Positions 27,480-41,300 of a stretch of DNA of 64,000 nt are shown piece after piece (the first letter of the stretch is position 1; each line of letters opens with the position of its first letter). The DNA comes from Lama guanicoe (lineage: Eukaryota), in contig MU053196.1 of NCBI GenBank assembly GCA_013239625.1, positions 186,001 through 250,000 of the forward strand, given 5' to 3'. The notes beneath the pieces are model-generated. The model was not told where the DNA came from. It made no database searches and saw nothing but the letters and a program-made list of their open reading frames with translations. The translations under genes were made by a program, and so were the position numbers.

Positions 27480-28020
27480 CTGTGACACAGAAAGCTAAAC
27501 TCTGACAAGTAGGTGTTTGCAGCGAAGGATTTTTTTTTAATTTTTTTTTTTGCAGGGCACCAAGTAAGGGAGTGGGAGACAAATCTCAGATCGCCTTCAT
27601 CTTGATCTTTGAGTTAGGGATGTTTTAAAGGGGAAGAACAGAGAAACTGTGAAAGAAAAATCATCTTGTGACGGTTCTGTGACATTGCCTAACCAAGGTT
27701 TCTGGAGTCAGGATGTCTCCAGTTTATGATTCTCTGTCAGGGTGGTCCATGGCTCGTGGTTCTGTGAACTCATCTTGCCCTGGGGGAAAAGCCTGAGTCT
27801 GTATGTTAATGATATCTACAAGGCAATGTTAGTACATTGATGCTATCAGTAACAGCTGTCTTAGTCTTCTGACTGTGGTTTAGTGTTCAGTTAGCACAGG
27901 ATTGAGGTCAGAGGGGACAAGAAAGGGATTCAGGTCAGAGGAGACAAGGGAATAGTTTTAGATGGAGAGGTGAATCATAACCTCGGTAAGGAAACTCAGT
28001 TGTAGGGGGCTCTGTTTAAA
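27480..28020 (-). mobile_element. ERV1-class solo LTR
   Basis: Starts tgtgacacagaaagc; contains gggagacaaatctcagatc...gttttaaaggggaag, typical of the antisense strand of ERV1 LTRs. Confidence 0.5.
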
Positions 28021-29079
28021 TCATGTAAACTGAGCATTTCCTCCAGTATAGAGATATTCTCAGTGAAGAGCTGTAAGCTCTTAGAATAGATCTGGTGAGA
28101 AACTTATTTTAGCGAGAGGAATGCATTACCCCAGGCTGTCACTGTAACAAGGGCTTAAATCACAGTCCCCAGAGTGAGGAACGATGCCAGGCACCATGAG
28201 CATGCCTTTCCTGGTGTATTCTGTGCACCTGGAGCCGAGCGCTCACACTGTTCTTCAGCTTTTCCCTCCCCCTGTTAGCGTGGTTCAGTCTTTCTCAGCA
28301 GGTTTTCTACTGGGCTGGTTAGTCGTTTGCAGCCACCCTGTTGCTGGTGGACTGTCTGCAGCCCATGTGATGTTGATGGTACCATTGGCTGCATTTTCAG
28401 TGTGATGACACCATAATTTTGATGGTTACTTTTGATTTCTTTAGGGGTTTTGACTTGTTTTTCAAAGTATTTCTTTTTGAGGGAGACATTTATTTCAGTT
28501 GTTGGCTTGGGCAAAGCCATAGAACTAATGCTATGAGGCAAAATACCAAAAGCACTCTGGACTATTTGAAGAGCAGAATTCATAAGGTATTGGTGTATTT
28601 GTTCATCTACAGTGTAGAGAGAGCAGAGATGGGATTCCCAGGCTGTGCTTCCCTCAGATTGTGCTGTAAAACATTAATCTTTAATAATTGAGGGTAAAGG
28701 ACAGTTAATCAGCAATTTCTTCCAGTAGTAACTTACATTTGATATATATTCCTGTCCTTTTTACAGGCTACATGAGGGCCCATAGTTTTATATCTCCTGC
28801 TCGCTGGCATCTAATAAAAAATGCCAGTGTATAAATCAACTATGAAATTGGCCTAAATTGTACAATAAATTGTGTCACACTTTAGTGTTTTTGAAAATCT
28901 TCATTAACCTCTTTGTAACTTTACTTACTAGAATAAAGTGAAAACTTTCCTCTCTTCACTTTCATGTATCTGTATGTGCACGAATGCATACATAGCATGT
29001 TTGGTTAATTATTTGAAGAATTTACTGAGTTTTGAATGTAAAACAACTTAAAAGTTTATCCGGAGTTCTCCTTCTACCT

Positions 29080-30900
29080 GGCATATTGAAAGTTGCAAAA
29101 AGTGTCACTCTCAAACTAAGTAAACCAAAAAATTAAAACTTTTTTTGTACTCACTAGAGAGCTGAAGTCACAGGACAAGCAAGTTATCTGATTTCTAGTG
29201 AAAAACAGGTCCCTCTAAGGGTATCAGACACAGCTGTGCAGGATATGGGAGGATGGCACATGGGCAAGAATCCGGTTAACTTTGTAACCACTTCCTAAAG
29301 GCTGAGTATGAATTCCAGTGAGAAGATAACCCCTCTCTCCTAACATGGACAGAAGGGAATTTGCACCCATTCACAGGCTTTTCTCCACGAACCTCCAAAG
29401 GGTCCTCACAGGAAAGACGGGAGGTCAGGCGGGAGATGGGAAGCCTGGCTGGAGGTGGGGTCCTGGGAGGAGGGGTGGCCCCCTGGGGCAGGGGCTCTAG
29501 GGGCCTCACTCCCTTGTGAAATGAAAGCCTTAGTCTCGGAGAGAAAAGCAGCAAGCCCCGTGGCCCCCAGGGCACAATTCAAGTTTCATTTTAGACACAA
29601 AAATATGTTATCCCGGAGAAAGAAAAAAAAAAAAGGTGATTGGATTTTATCAAAATTAAAAACATTTGCTCTGGAAAGGACATTTTTTAAGAGAATGCAA
29701 TGACTAACAACAGACTATGAGAAAATACTTGCAATCTGCTTACCTGTTAAAGGAGTCAAAACAGTTATATAAAGAATTGTTAAAACTCAAAAGAAAATAA
29801 ACACAAGAAAATGGGTAAAAGGTTTGAGCTCATACTTAAAAGAAGACGTAAGTATGGTGAGTATGCATATTAAAAGATGCTAAACATTATTTATCATTAC
29901 AGAAATTCAAATTAAAACAGCAGTGAGATACCATTATGCACTTATTTATGTGGCAAAACCCCCAAATCTGACAATACTAACTGCTGGCAATGATGCAGAA
30001 AAACAAGAAAAAATAATTATCATTGCTCTTTGGTTTTATAGCATATGTAAAAGCAAGGACAGCAGTAGCATGAAAGATGGGATATGGAAATAAAGAGATT
30101 TAAATGTGTATTCGTAAATATTTGCACACATCTGTGTATGCATGTATGTCTTCAATTAAACATGTTCCCTAGCTCTCTCCCCTGCGATTAAGTGAAAACA
30201 GCTCATCTCAATAGCAATTAGCAACATAGAGCCTTTGATCTCTGAACATTTGTCCACCGAAAAGAACCAGGGTTCCATCCAGGAAGAAATGCCTGGGCTG
30301 GGATAGGGAACGTACCAGATAAGACTGGAACTTCTTTTTGAAATACAGAGTAAAGAAGTGTTCATAAATGATGGGGATATGTTGAAAGTACATAGGAGCC
30401 AGCTTTGATAGGGTTTCCAAGGGTTAAATCTGGAAACATTTAACACTTAAACTTAAATATTGTTAGTAATGGATCATGACTCATTGAATAAAGTAGGTAT
30501 CCTTATGTTCATATTGATATAAGCAAATCAATAAATTCAGTTTATTATTAGGGATGGAATTTTTACAGAGCCTCAAGATAACTTCCAACAAAATACGTGT
30601 TCATTACAAAAGGGAAGAGGGTGACTTCTTAGTGACGAAGCCTGGTAAACACTACTCTGGTCAAGTGATCAAAGTGAACATTGTCAATAATGGGACAAGT
30701 TTAAATCCTGGGACTCCTGATAGGATGCAAAATAAAGGACACAGAATCAGTAATGTGTAAATACTTATTTCCTTTCTTCAGTTTTCATACTGGATTACAT
30801 AGAAGATGGCCTTCATTTGTAAGGAACCCACTCAAGTATTCGGGGGAGTACAGCATCATGTCCACAGCTGAGACTCAAATAGTGTAAACATTTTTGAGGT
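29080..30900 (+). mobile_element. Old L1MC/MD fragments (5' region, ORF2 end, 3' UTR)
   Basis: atcaaaattaaaaacatttgctct...agaaattcaaattaaaacagcagtgagatacca...gtgatcaaagtgaacattgtcaataatgggac. Confidence 0.7.
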
Positions 30901-32759
30901 TTTCTTAAATTCTCTGTTGGAGTTGAGTTTTTTTTTTCCTGAAGAAATGCTTTTAGAGTTTTAATTGCAGTTTACATTCTGTATCTTGTTTTTGCTGCAA
31001 TAAAGAGATTGGTGCATCCAGTTAGACCAATTAAATTATTAATTTTGGTTAAAGACTTTTCAGAGATCATTTAATGAAAAAAATTAGGCTTTACAGATTT
31101 GAGATTCAAGGTAGTAAGTTCCCAGAAATCATGAAACCATATTACATTCTAGAGTGATTCAAATATTTTACGACAGCAGTGGGACTATGGAAATTTATTG
31201 AAAATTTGACTTGAATCTGTTTTTTTTTTAAATGTTAAGATTGTTGTTATAAATGACAAATTTAATTCTTGATTGATGAAAATCTTTATTTTTCAGCCTT
31301 TCCCAAATACCAGTGGCATGTCTGTCTCCACCTATTACTCAAATTTAATCATGGAGGACTTGTGAAATAAGGCAAATAAGATAGAAAAAGGTTATCTAAT
31401 CCATTTAAGATCTTAATAGTACTCTTTCTAAGTTATTAAGAGAACCATCACTTAGAGACTGAAATTATTTTATTTTCCTAGATGACATCTCCTATTTCCC
31501 TGTGATCTTTTCAGAGGTTTCAGAAACGCATGCGTAACACAATCATGTATGCCTCAGGGATGGCACATTGTATAGCTCTGCCATTAGATAAGGGTACTTG
31601 CTGTATCTATGGGGGAAATGCCGTGCTTTGTCAATTTACTGCCTCTCTGAATCTGAAGGCACCATTTAAAACTGGATGTAGTAGTTTACTAAGTGGTGTC
31701 AAGTGTTTAAGCTCTAGAAAATAAGCTGTTTGAACCGTGGTTGCCCAGGGATCAGATTTCCTTTTCTTGGTTGTTGGAAGTTGTTTCTCCCAGGAGTGTG
31801 TGTAGGTATGTGTGCAAGAGAGAGAGAGGGAGGAAGGGAGAAAGAGTGAGTTGGATACTAAATTATTTCCATTTTTGATGTCCTTTGGGTATTGGTAAGA
31901 GCTCTTTTGAAATGATCCAAGATTTCTGGAATTGTAATTTAAGCGTATAATATAGGATTGAATTATCAATATCCTGGACCAGTTTGTGACTAAGGAACCC
32001 TTTGAGGTGACATTTAGGTGCAAATAGCCAGGCTGAGAGACTTGACTTGCATAAGTGATACTTTATGAACTCCACAAGCATGCCCTAGTTAGTAGCTGAG
32101 TCTCTGTGCTTGCTCCGCACTAAAAGCCACTTTTACTTTACATTTGAGAGAGTGCCTCACGTTGGTGGCATTCAGAGCCAGGGTGTATTCCCGCAGTGGG
32201 CAGTGAAAGGCCCAGCAGTTTTTAGATTTTGTGAAAAAACTATTGTAGAAACCGAGTAGCCCTAGGAAAGCCTGAGGACTTACTTTGACTTTTTGAGTAG
32301 ATGATACACACTCTAACACTTGATCCTAAGTGGTCTTATGTTGAGGTCTGTTGATACGTTGGTATTATACTTATCAAAACAGCTCACTCTTACTCATCAA
32401 GAAAAAAAAATCATCTGTTTTTCTTAGGTCTCTCATGATGAAATCAGTGCTCTAAAGTCCACGATCTCTGGATTCCATGATTCACAACACAGTCGAATCA
32501 CAGAATTATGTAGTGTCTCTTTTCTGAATGCTGGGTCTTCAAAAAGTGCTTAAAATTTCAGAGTCCATAGAAAGGCCAAATGATAGGACAGAGTTTGATC
32601 TCTTTGAACATCTATGGTAGCAGCCTGAACAATAATTTATAAACATAGGATGTATTCAGTTTTCGAGACTTCTGTCAGGGAGAGTCAGGAGTTAGCACTG
32701 CAGGTGAGTTGGCCATGATGCTGAAGTGCCTCATCATCAGAGGCCAGATCATCTGCTAG

Positions 32760-33535
32760 GCATAGGTTTATCCTCTTAAGAGCGAGTGAAGCTGTGTTCT
32801 GTAGCCGTACCCTCTGGATCCCACCAGCAGTGGGCCCGACTCCGGCTGCTCCACATCCTCACCAGCACTGGATGTAGGCAGTCTTTCTTGCCATTCTTAA
32901 AGCTGGGTAGTGGGATCTTACTGTGGTTTTTTCATTTGTATTTCCCTAATGACTGATGGTGTCAAATGTCTTTTCATGTGCACATGTCTTTGGTGAAGGA
33001 TCTGTTCAAGTCTTTTGTCCATTTTCTTATTGGGTTGTTCTATTACTGAGTGGAGAGTTCTTTATATGTTTTGGTAACAAGTTTTTATCAGATATGTAAT
33101 TTGCAAATACATCCCTCCAGTCTGACTTGTCTTTTATTCTCCTAACAGTATGTTTTGTAAAGCAAAATTTCAAAATTGTGTCCAGTTTATCAGGTTTTTT
33201 TGTTTTGTGTTTTGTGGATCTTGCTTTTTGTGTTGTACCTAAGAAATCTTTGTTTAATCTCAGGTCACTAAGGTTTTCTCCAGTGAGTTGTATGGTTTTA
33301 AATTTTACAATTTTTAGGTCTGTGGTCCATTTTAATCTAATTTTTGTAGTGTGTGAGGTATGAAGCAAAATTCTTTTTTTTTTCCCCATGTGGACATGCT
33401 GCTCAGCCCCACATATCAGAAAGGCTCTCTTTTCTCCATTGCACTGCCTCTGTGCCTTTGTCAGAATCCTTTGAAGCATGTAGGTTTATCTCCAAGCTAT
33501 CTCTTCTCCATAGGTTGGTTTGTTTTTATGACTGT
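32760..33535 (-). mobile_element. Old L1M ORF2 3' fragment
   Basis: cccaccagcagtg...ctccacatcctcaccagcact...tgtatttccctaatgact; minus-strand ORF 33027-33479 is degenerate ORF2. Confidence 0.8.
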
Positions 33536-35276
33536 AAGTAACTCTTAGAAACAGGTATGTTTGGTTTTGCTGGTGGTTCCATGAGGGGAGATAACTCCAG
33601 GCCCTGCTCCCCATCTTGCCTGAAAGCAGACGACCTCCTGTCTTGCTGTGGGAAGAGCAGTTCACACCCTGACACCTCGAATCTCCCGGTCCTCCGTCCC
33701 CAAACCCTTCACCTGCCGTGTCAGGAACCTTCCACGTAGTTGTATCCTCTCTCATGTTCAGTGAAACCGCCCTCCACACCCTGTCTCCCCCATCAGAACT
33801 CTCCGGAATCATCTGGACCAGCTGTCTCTGTGCACCTCTGGCTCCCTCTCCAGCCCCGTGTGGAGTGGCTGGGTGGCACGACGGCCCCGTGCCCTGTGGT
33901 TTTCCTCCACTGTGTCACAGTCTGCCTGACACTGTTTGTTTACTGTTTACTTGTTTAACTTTTGATTGCCTCCCACTGAGAGCAGAGGCTTTGCCTCACT
34001 GAGGCTGAACAAACAGCTTTGACGGTGCCTGGCACACAGGAGACATGTAGTGAATATCTGAAACGTGGGGTGTGGAATGTGAATTCGCCTGGGTGCTAAA
34101 ACAGGCCTTTCTGGATGAAGGAGTGAAATGAGATTGTAGCTTCAAGAGCCGTTTCTAGTTTTCAGTCTCATCAGGTCCATTGGTTTTGTTTTGTCTGGTT
34201 TTTTTGCTGGTGGGGGGTGGATTTTGTTAAAGCTCTTTATATAAAAGAAACTCTCTGTCTTTATTTGTTGTAAATGCCCCTGCTTTGTCTTTGCTTTTTG
34301 ATGGTTTTTGACTTTTAAAATACCAGTGTCTCTTGTTTTAAAATACCAGTGTCACATGTATTATTGTACCATGAAACTTATGTAGAAGTGTGCAGCCAGA
34401 AACTAACACGTCATAAATCAACTACTCTTCAGTTTTAAAAGTTTTTTTTTTAAGTGTGCAAAAAAACTCTTAGTTCTTAGAATTTAAGTGCTTTTCCTCT
34501 CCTAGTGCCACCTTAAAATGGGATCCTGACCTGGTGAGCAGAGTGCTGGGGAGGGCCCGGGGCCTCACCCTGAGCTCAGCGCACCGTCCTGGAGACCCCG
34601 GTCCATGGTAGGTGCTCCGTGTGACCCCCACACAGAAGTTACCCACATGCCATCTGACAACTTAGGAGGGCTCTCCAGAATCTAGTACCAGGTTCTGTTT
34701 CTGCTAGCGGATCTGTTCACTTAGTGTTCTCTGGTGGGGTCGCTGTACCCGAGTGACCTGCCTTGTCCCTTTGCCTGTCCGGCAGTGTAAGGGCCGATGT
34801 GTCAGGCTGTGGTGTAGACACAGCATAGCCTCACCACCACGTGTGTTCAGGATCCCCAGCCTTGATTTTTGGGGGGCCTGTATTTATCTTTTCCTTATTT
34901 TTATTCTTTCCTTTATATTTTATTGTCATTTTATTATCTTGTGTTTTTCTAGGCTACCTGAAAATCTCTTTAGAATTGAGACAAAACGTTAAATAAGCTT
35001 ATACTCATTTTGTGATAAAAAGCACCTGCTAAACTTCACTAATAAATACCACTTCTTAGGCTGTTTTTTTGAAACTCTGTTTTTGTGTGGGGGAGAAGGG
35101 GTTTTTTGTTTGCTTTTGCTTATGATTTCCTTGTAAAATAGCATTTTTCTTATTTCTCTATCTTAATTGTGCAGATGAATTAATATGTATATTGAAAAAT
35201 GAGCATTGTTGTACAGAATTATCTGTTTGGTAAATTTTAAGCCATTTTCCCTGAGCTAACCATTGCTTCTGTGTAG

Positions 35277-35355
35277 GAAGAAATGAATCACAACCAGAAA
35301 GCCAGGAAGACCCCCGGGAAGTACTTAAGAAAACATTGGAATTCTGCTTGTCCAG
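35277..35355 (+). CDS. LARP4B: LARP4B-like exon 1 of 13 visible (start of La motif; phase-1 acceptor)
   Basis: tgtgtag|GA AGA AAT...TCC AG|gtaagg; [25 protein letters not shown]. Confidence 0.95.
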
Positions 35356-38300
35356 GTAAGGGTGGTGGTGCTTGTGCTGGCGCCTTGTGGCCAAGGTGGT
35401 GTGCACTGGAACTGCACACACAGACAGGGTGCTTTCCACGGGAGAAGAGGCTGTCTGTCAGCCTCTGTGTCTTACATCTGTTGATAGGGAATGGAGACTG
35501 TTGGCCTGCTGCCCACTGTCCACAGGTGTGTCTTGATCGTTACCTGGGTTGCTTTTGAACTTTGGTTTCCTCCCATCCCTACCCACCCTCCTGTTGTGAG
35601 TGAGGAGCCTTGGGGGGGGTCAATCTCACAGAGACATTTTTTAGCACGCCGAAGTTCGAGGACACGTTTCCTATATTAGTTCTCAAAGTATGCCAAGCGC
35701 TGCACTGTGAAGCTGTTTTCTTTGTGTAGCAGTCATATTTTTGTTTTTTCTGTTAAATAGAGCAGAATGTGTAGGGTCGCGTTGCGGACCGGGGCGTGTG
35801 GGGAGGTGGGGCTGAGTGTGAGGGGACAAGCCAGGTGAGACGCTCCCTGTCAGTCAGGGCAGTTCTCCGGGTGTTCCTCTGGGCCGCCTCTGCCCTCAGA
35901 CCTGGCGCAGGTGTCCGGTGCAGGTGTGTGAGGGTGAGGGGAGGGGCGCTGTGCTGGGCGCCTTCCACTGCTGTGCAGCCCAGACTGGGACACCGCCTCG
36001 ATGGCTTGCTGATCAACTCCCCGGGAGGAGGTGCTCCCGCAGGCCTGCCCTGGGCTCCTGCAGCAGAGTCCACACCTGCGGGGCTGCTGGGGGGCAGGGT
36101 GCACCCTTGCACAGCACTGGCTTCGTGGGGCCTTCTTTTGGGAACCAGAGTTCAGCTGTGTGTGGTGCTGAGGGGTTTCTGAGCGCGTGGTCCTCTTTGT
36201 GGAAACTCCCCGGGACACCTGCCCTCCTCCCTCCAGGGCTGTCAGTGGTTTAACTGGCCCCGTGGCATATGTGGTTGGCCACATGCACAGCTTTGTCACC
36301 CTGGCCGCTCCAGGGGGCTGGGAGGCCAGAGTCAGAGTCCTGGCCTCTGCAGGTGTCCAGCCTGAGCCACAGGCACTCTGGGCACCAGCCTTCCCTGGTG
36401 TTTCTGCATTTTTCTTTCTTTTGTTCTATCACTGGATTTCCTTACTTTAAAAGGTTGGGTTTATATTTTTAATAAGCTACTCAAACACTTTGGGACAGAG
36501 ATAAGCTATAAGCACATTTGTGAAAGTTTTACCTGCTTGCTGATTGTGATTGTACAAAGTGCAGCATACTTTTACTTTTGCTCTCTCTGCCTCCTCAGAT
36601 GTCTTTGATAAAAATTGTCCCAAGGTAAGAGAGGTGGCAAATGGTAGGTGGGGTTGGAATTTAGAGAAAACTTCAAAGCAACACCGTACCACGCTTGTAC
36701 CTCTTGCGAGGCTTCCTTTTAAAGAAGTTATCAATTAAGAGAGATTGTCTTCTTTCTGCAGGGAGAATCTTGCTAGTGACATGTACCTTATATCGCAGAT
36801 GGACAGTAATCAGTACATGCCAATCACCATGGTTGCTAACCTGGGCCACATCAAGAAGCTTAGCACCGACATGGACTTGATTGTCGAAGTGCTGAGGTGT
36901 AAGTAGGCCGCAGCCGGCCGAGATGCACGTGGCCCAGACGGCATCTTTCTTGCTGACGTGACCATCAGGTGCTCAGCCATTCGTGAGGAGATACTCGGTG
37001 GCAAGTGGAGTCTCCCCTCGCCTCCCAGGCCTTTCTGACAGTCCTGGTATCTGGTGAGGCACATGGCGCTGGGGCACTGATGGGGCTCCATGACAGCCCT
37101 CAGGAGCATCTTAGATTGTGGCCTGTGGGGTAGAAAAGGCTAATGGAGAGGTTAACCGTTGTGTATTCATAGTAGAGTCATGTGCATTTTGATTAGCATG
37201 CCAGCTGCTGAAAGAGTTTTTCAAATTTCAGCTTCCTACTGAAGTTCTGTTTGGGTTTATTGCATTCTTCCTTAGAAACATTCTGTGAATTAGGTTGTTC
37301 CTTGGACATTTGGCAACATCAAAAGAAGATTTAAACATATCGAGACCCACAGGGATTCAGGAAGAGTGGGTATTTAAAGTGTGACCTGGCCTAGTTTGCT
37401 TTGCAGACAGGCTTCTCACAACCTAACCATTTTATTATTTGTAAAAAACATTTTACTGAGGTATAGTCGCACGTCGTGAACTGTGTGTGTTTAAAGTATA
37501 CAGTTGGATCATTTTGGACCCACATGTATGTTGGTGAAACCCAGTTTCCTCGTGCCCTGTCACGCTGCGCCTGTCCCCTCCCACCCGGGATGGCTTCTAC
37601 AGGTGTTAATTTCATAGTAAATGTGCACTGTGTGGGATTTTTTTAAAAATGGGATGATGTTTAATTCTTTATAAAGTTGCACTTTTTATGATGGGGCTAC
37701 AAGTACCAGCTGGTGGTTTCTGCCCCCGCAGTTCTGAGCATCTCTGAGGGGCACCCTTCGTGAGGCACGCAGTGGTGGGTGCCCGAGTTAAAGCCACCTT
37801 TCTGTGTCTCCGCCATGACTTTCCATCACTGACTCTTACACAGAGTGTTCATGTTCTCCCAGCTTAGCTGTGCTGCTGACAGTGAAGATTTTTTTTCTCA
37901 CGTGCATTCGATTTAACAGCAGTAGAAAAAGATGAACATCCTATTTTAGAACTTAGTTGGATTTTCTGTTCACATAAAAAAGTTCTCTATTTCTGTTCCT
38001 CTGTAAATCTCATAAGGCCATTAAATTAATTAAAAAAAACTGGCAAACATAGAAATACATTAAGTTTAGTTCTGAAAATTATACCCCCATTTCTTTCCCA
38101 AGGCAGTGTTGTGTCTCCAGTGGTGCTTTGTCTCTTGGGTCCATTGAGAGCAGGCCCTGTTGTGTGTCAGCTGAGTTTGGTTCCCATCTGACCAGCAGCT
38201 TTCTTTACTCTGTTAACAGTCTTTGGTTATTGTTAAGAATCTCATATTTACTTATTTCTTTCAGGCTGTCCTTATAAACTTTGCTGCCCTGCTGAGGATA

Positions 38301-41300
38301 ATTTTCCATTGACACTTGATGGCTGGGAGCATGTTTGGTAACCCTGTGTAGTTGCTTAAAGGAGCCATTTCTGCCACGGGCAGCCCTGTTCTCCCCTACT
38401 GTTTCCCACTTCCTTCTCCAGTACTGTTTCTGTGCGAGTTCTTGGGTTGGAATGTTGTTGTCTGTCCATTAATATTCAGCTAGTTTTGTCCAATTGTTTT
38501 CACTTAACTTTTGGACAGAAATATATGTACGTATGTAATAACCTGCATAATCAGAGTAGAGTCAGCGCATTACCGTATTAGTTGTAGTTCTGGAGAGGGT
38601 GAGCAGAGAGGCTTCTTAAGTTTGAATCTTATCCCCATCCCCAAAATACCTAACATAGAATCAGATACAACACAGACAGTTGGTAATACCTTGTTTTAAT
38701 TTAAATATTCTCATGTTGACTGAGTTGCATAAATTACTTTTTTAGACTTTTTATAATCAATACGTATATAGTGCATGTCACACTATATCTAATTCAGGTG
38801 CTCTATATTTATAGTTAATTTAATTGAAATTGTTAATTTAAAAGAACTCTAAAACATTTGTCATCAGGGTGTGAATAAATACACTGAGCTAGCCACACAG
38901 TGAATGCTAGAGCAGATAAAATGAACTCGGCATATGTTTTTCAACAAGAATAAAATTTAAGGTCATAATGTTGATTAAAAGGGTGTTTCAAATTACGTAC
39001 AAGGTAATACCATTTGTATAAAGTTTCGGCATGTGTAAACAGAACTATGTTTTTGTGGATTCAGAGATAAGGGGTAGGAGCATAAACACGTGACTAGGAC
39101 TGAAGCTGCTGACTCAGCGTGTTGGGGGCAGCTAAGCGGGGAGAGAGACTGGCAGAGGCGGGGAGGGAGGGCACGGAGTGCTTTGCCACCGCCTGGTTTT
39201 TGTATCGGTTTACAGCTTTCCTTGTTGGTGAGGCGGAGTTTACACACTTCAGATTCACATGGTGTAAGTGTACATCTGGTACATTTTGCCATGTTTATAC
39301 ACTTGAGGATCTGCCACCATCAGCATGATGAACGTGTCCATCAACCTGCCCCAACCCACCAGAGTTTACTCCTGCCCCAGGCAACTACCCTGCTTGTTCG
39401 TTTTTTTGTCATTATAGATTAGTTTAAATTTTTAGGAAAGTGTATATAAATGGAATCAGTCATGAACTGTCTTTTTTCGGGGAGTGTCTGCATTCTTTCA
39501 CTCGGCGTAATTATTTTTTTTAGTGTCAGTAGATTGTGGCTTTTTATCGCTGAGTCATGCTCCATCGAGTAGATACAGCACAGTTGGTTTGTCCCCCAAA
39601 TCGGAAGATGCTTAGGTCATGGCAGGTTTTGGCCGTTACAGATGAAGTTGCCAGGAACGTTGGTGTGAGTCTGTGTGGACAGACATCCCCGCCTCTCTTG
39701 GGTAGGTCGCTGCGAGTGGGAGGTCGGAGCAGGTGGCAGGTGTGTGCGCTTGGGAAGCTGCTGCCTGTTTCTGGAGTGCTGAGCCGTGACCAGGGCAAGC
39801 GCTCCCAGCGATTCTGCGTCAGTTTTCCCAGCGGGTGTGGGTGTGTCCGTGTGGCTTCATTTTCTCTCTCCCAGGTGCCCCCACCTTGTCCCCTCCTGTC
39901 TTTGAAGACGCCCCGCCGTAGCCCAGCTGACTACCTTGTTTCTTTCACAGAGCTTGCTTTGGGTATTGTTCCTAAGAAATCTTTGCTAAATCCCAGGCCA
40001 CAAGTGATTTCTCCTAGATGTTTCTGGGTTTAGGTTTACATTTTTAGGTCTGTGATCCCCACAAGCTCATTTTTGTGTATGGCATGAGGTGGATCTGAGT
40101 CCCCAGCTCCTGGTGTGTTGGTGTGCGGCTGCTCCCGCCCCTTGTCGGAAAGGCTCAGCCTTCCCCACTGTACTGCCTGTGCCGCTCTCAGTCATTTACC
40201 TCACAGGTGGGGGCTCCTCTCCGGCTGGGGGTCGGCCTGAGTCTGCTGGGCTGTTCTGACACCTGTCCTGCAGTGTCCGGGTGGTGCTGGCTTGACAGTA
40301 GGTCTTAGAGGAGGTGCAGAGTCTCCCACTTATTTTGGCTCTCTGCATTTTGCATAAATGCTTGCATTTCCATGTGAACTTTAGAATTAACATTTTGGTT
40401 TTTCAAAAGGGCCTGTTGGTATTTCTATTGGGATTACACTGAATTAATAAATCAGTTTGGAGAGAATTGACACTGTAACAATATTGAGTTTTCCAATCCA
40501 CTGACACAGAATATCTTTCCATTTACTAAGGAAAGTCTTAAAATTTTTTCCTTTGGCAATGTTTTGCAGTTTCCAGTGTGCAGGTCTTTCATATCTTTCC
40601 AGATTTATAACTAAGTATTTCATATTTTGGACACAATTTTAAATATTTTTATTTCAATTTCTGATTGGTGCCAGTATGTAGCAATACAGTGTATTTTTGT
40701 GTGTTGATCTTATACTTAAACCTTTTCTAGACTCACAGTTGTAGTGTTTTATAGAAATTGTATGAGGTTTTCTATATAGAGCTTAGCGTATCTGCAAATG
40801 AAAAGCTTTACCTTCCTGCACCCAGTCTGCGTGCATGTAATCTCTATTTCTTGTGTTACAACCCTGGCTGAGGCCTCCAGGGCTGTGCAGAATAGAGTGG
40901 GGGTCAGCATCCTTGCCTAACCCATCTACTGGCACGAGTGGTGCTGGACGTTGGCATTTTGTCAGTGAGGAGGTTTGCCTTCCCCTTCCTTGTTTGCTGA
41001 GTATTTTTATCAGGAATACAAGTTGGATTTTGTCAGATGCTTCTGTGTCTATGTGGTAATTGTGTTTTTGTTTGTTTTTTAAGTCCATTAATATGGTGAA
41101 TTACGTTGTTTAATTTTCTTTGGAAACCAGTCTTATTTACTGAGAAAAATCCACTTGTCATTATATAGTTCTATTTTTATGCTTTGTTGGATTCAATTTG
41201 GCAAAATTTGATGAGAATTTTTTATTAATCTTCCTGAAGGATATTGGTCTGTAGTTTTTTTGTCTTGTGATGTCTTTGCTTAGTTTGGGTGTAGAAATGC

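Noticed and set aside
33027..33479. 150-aa minus-strand ORF
   Set aside because: Degenerate L1 ORF2 sequence, not a host gene.
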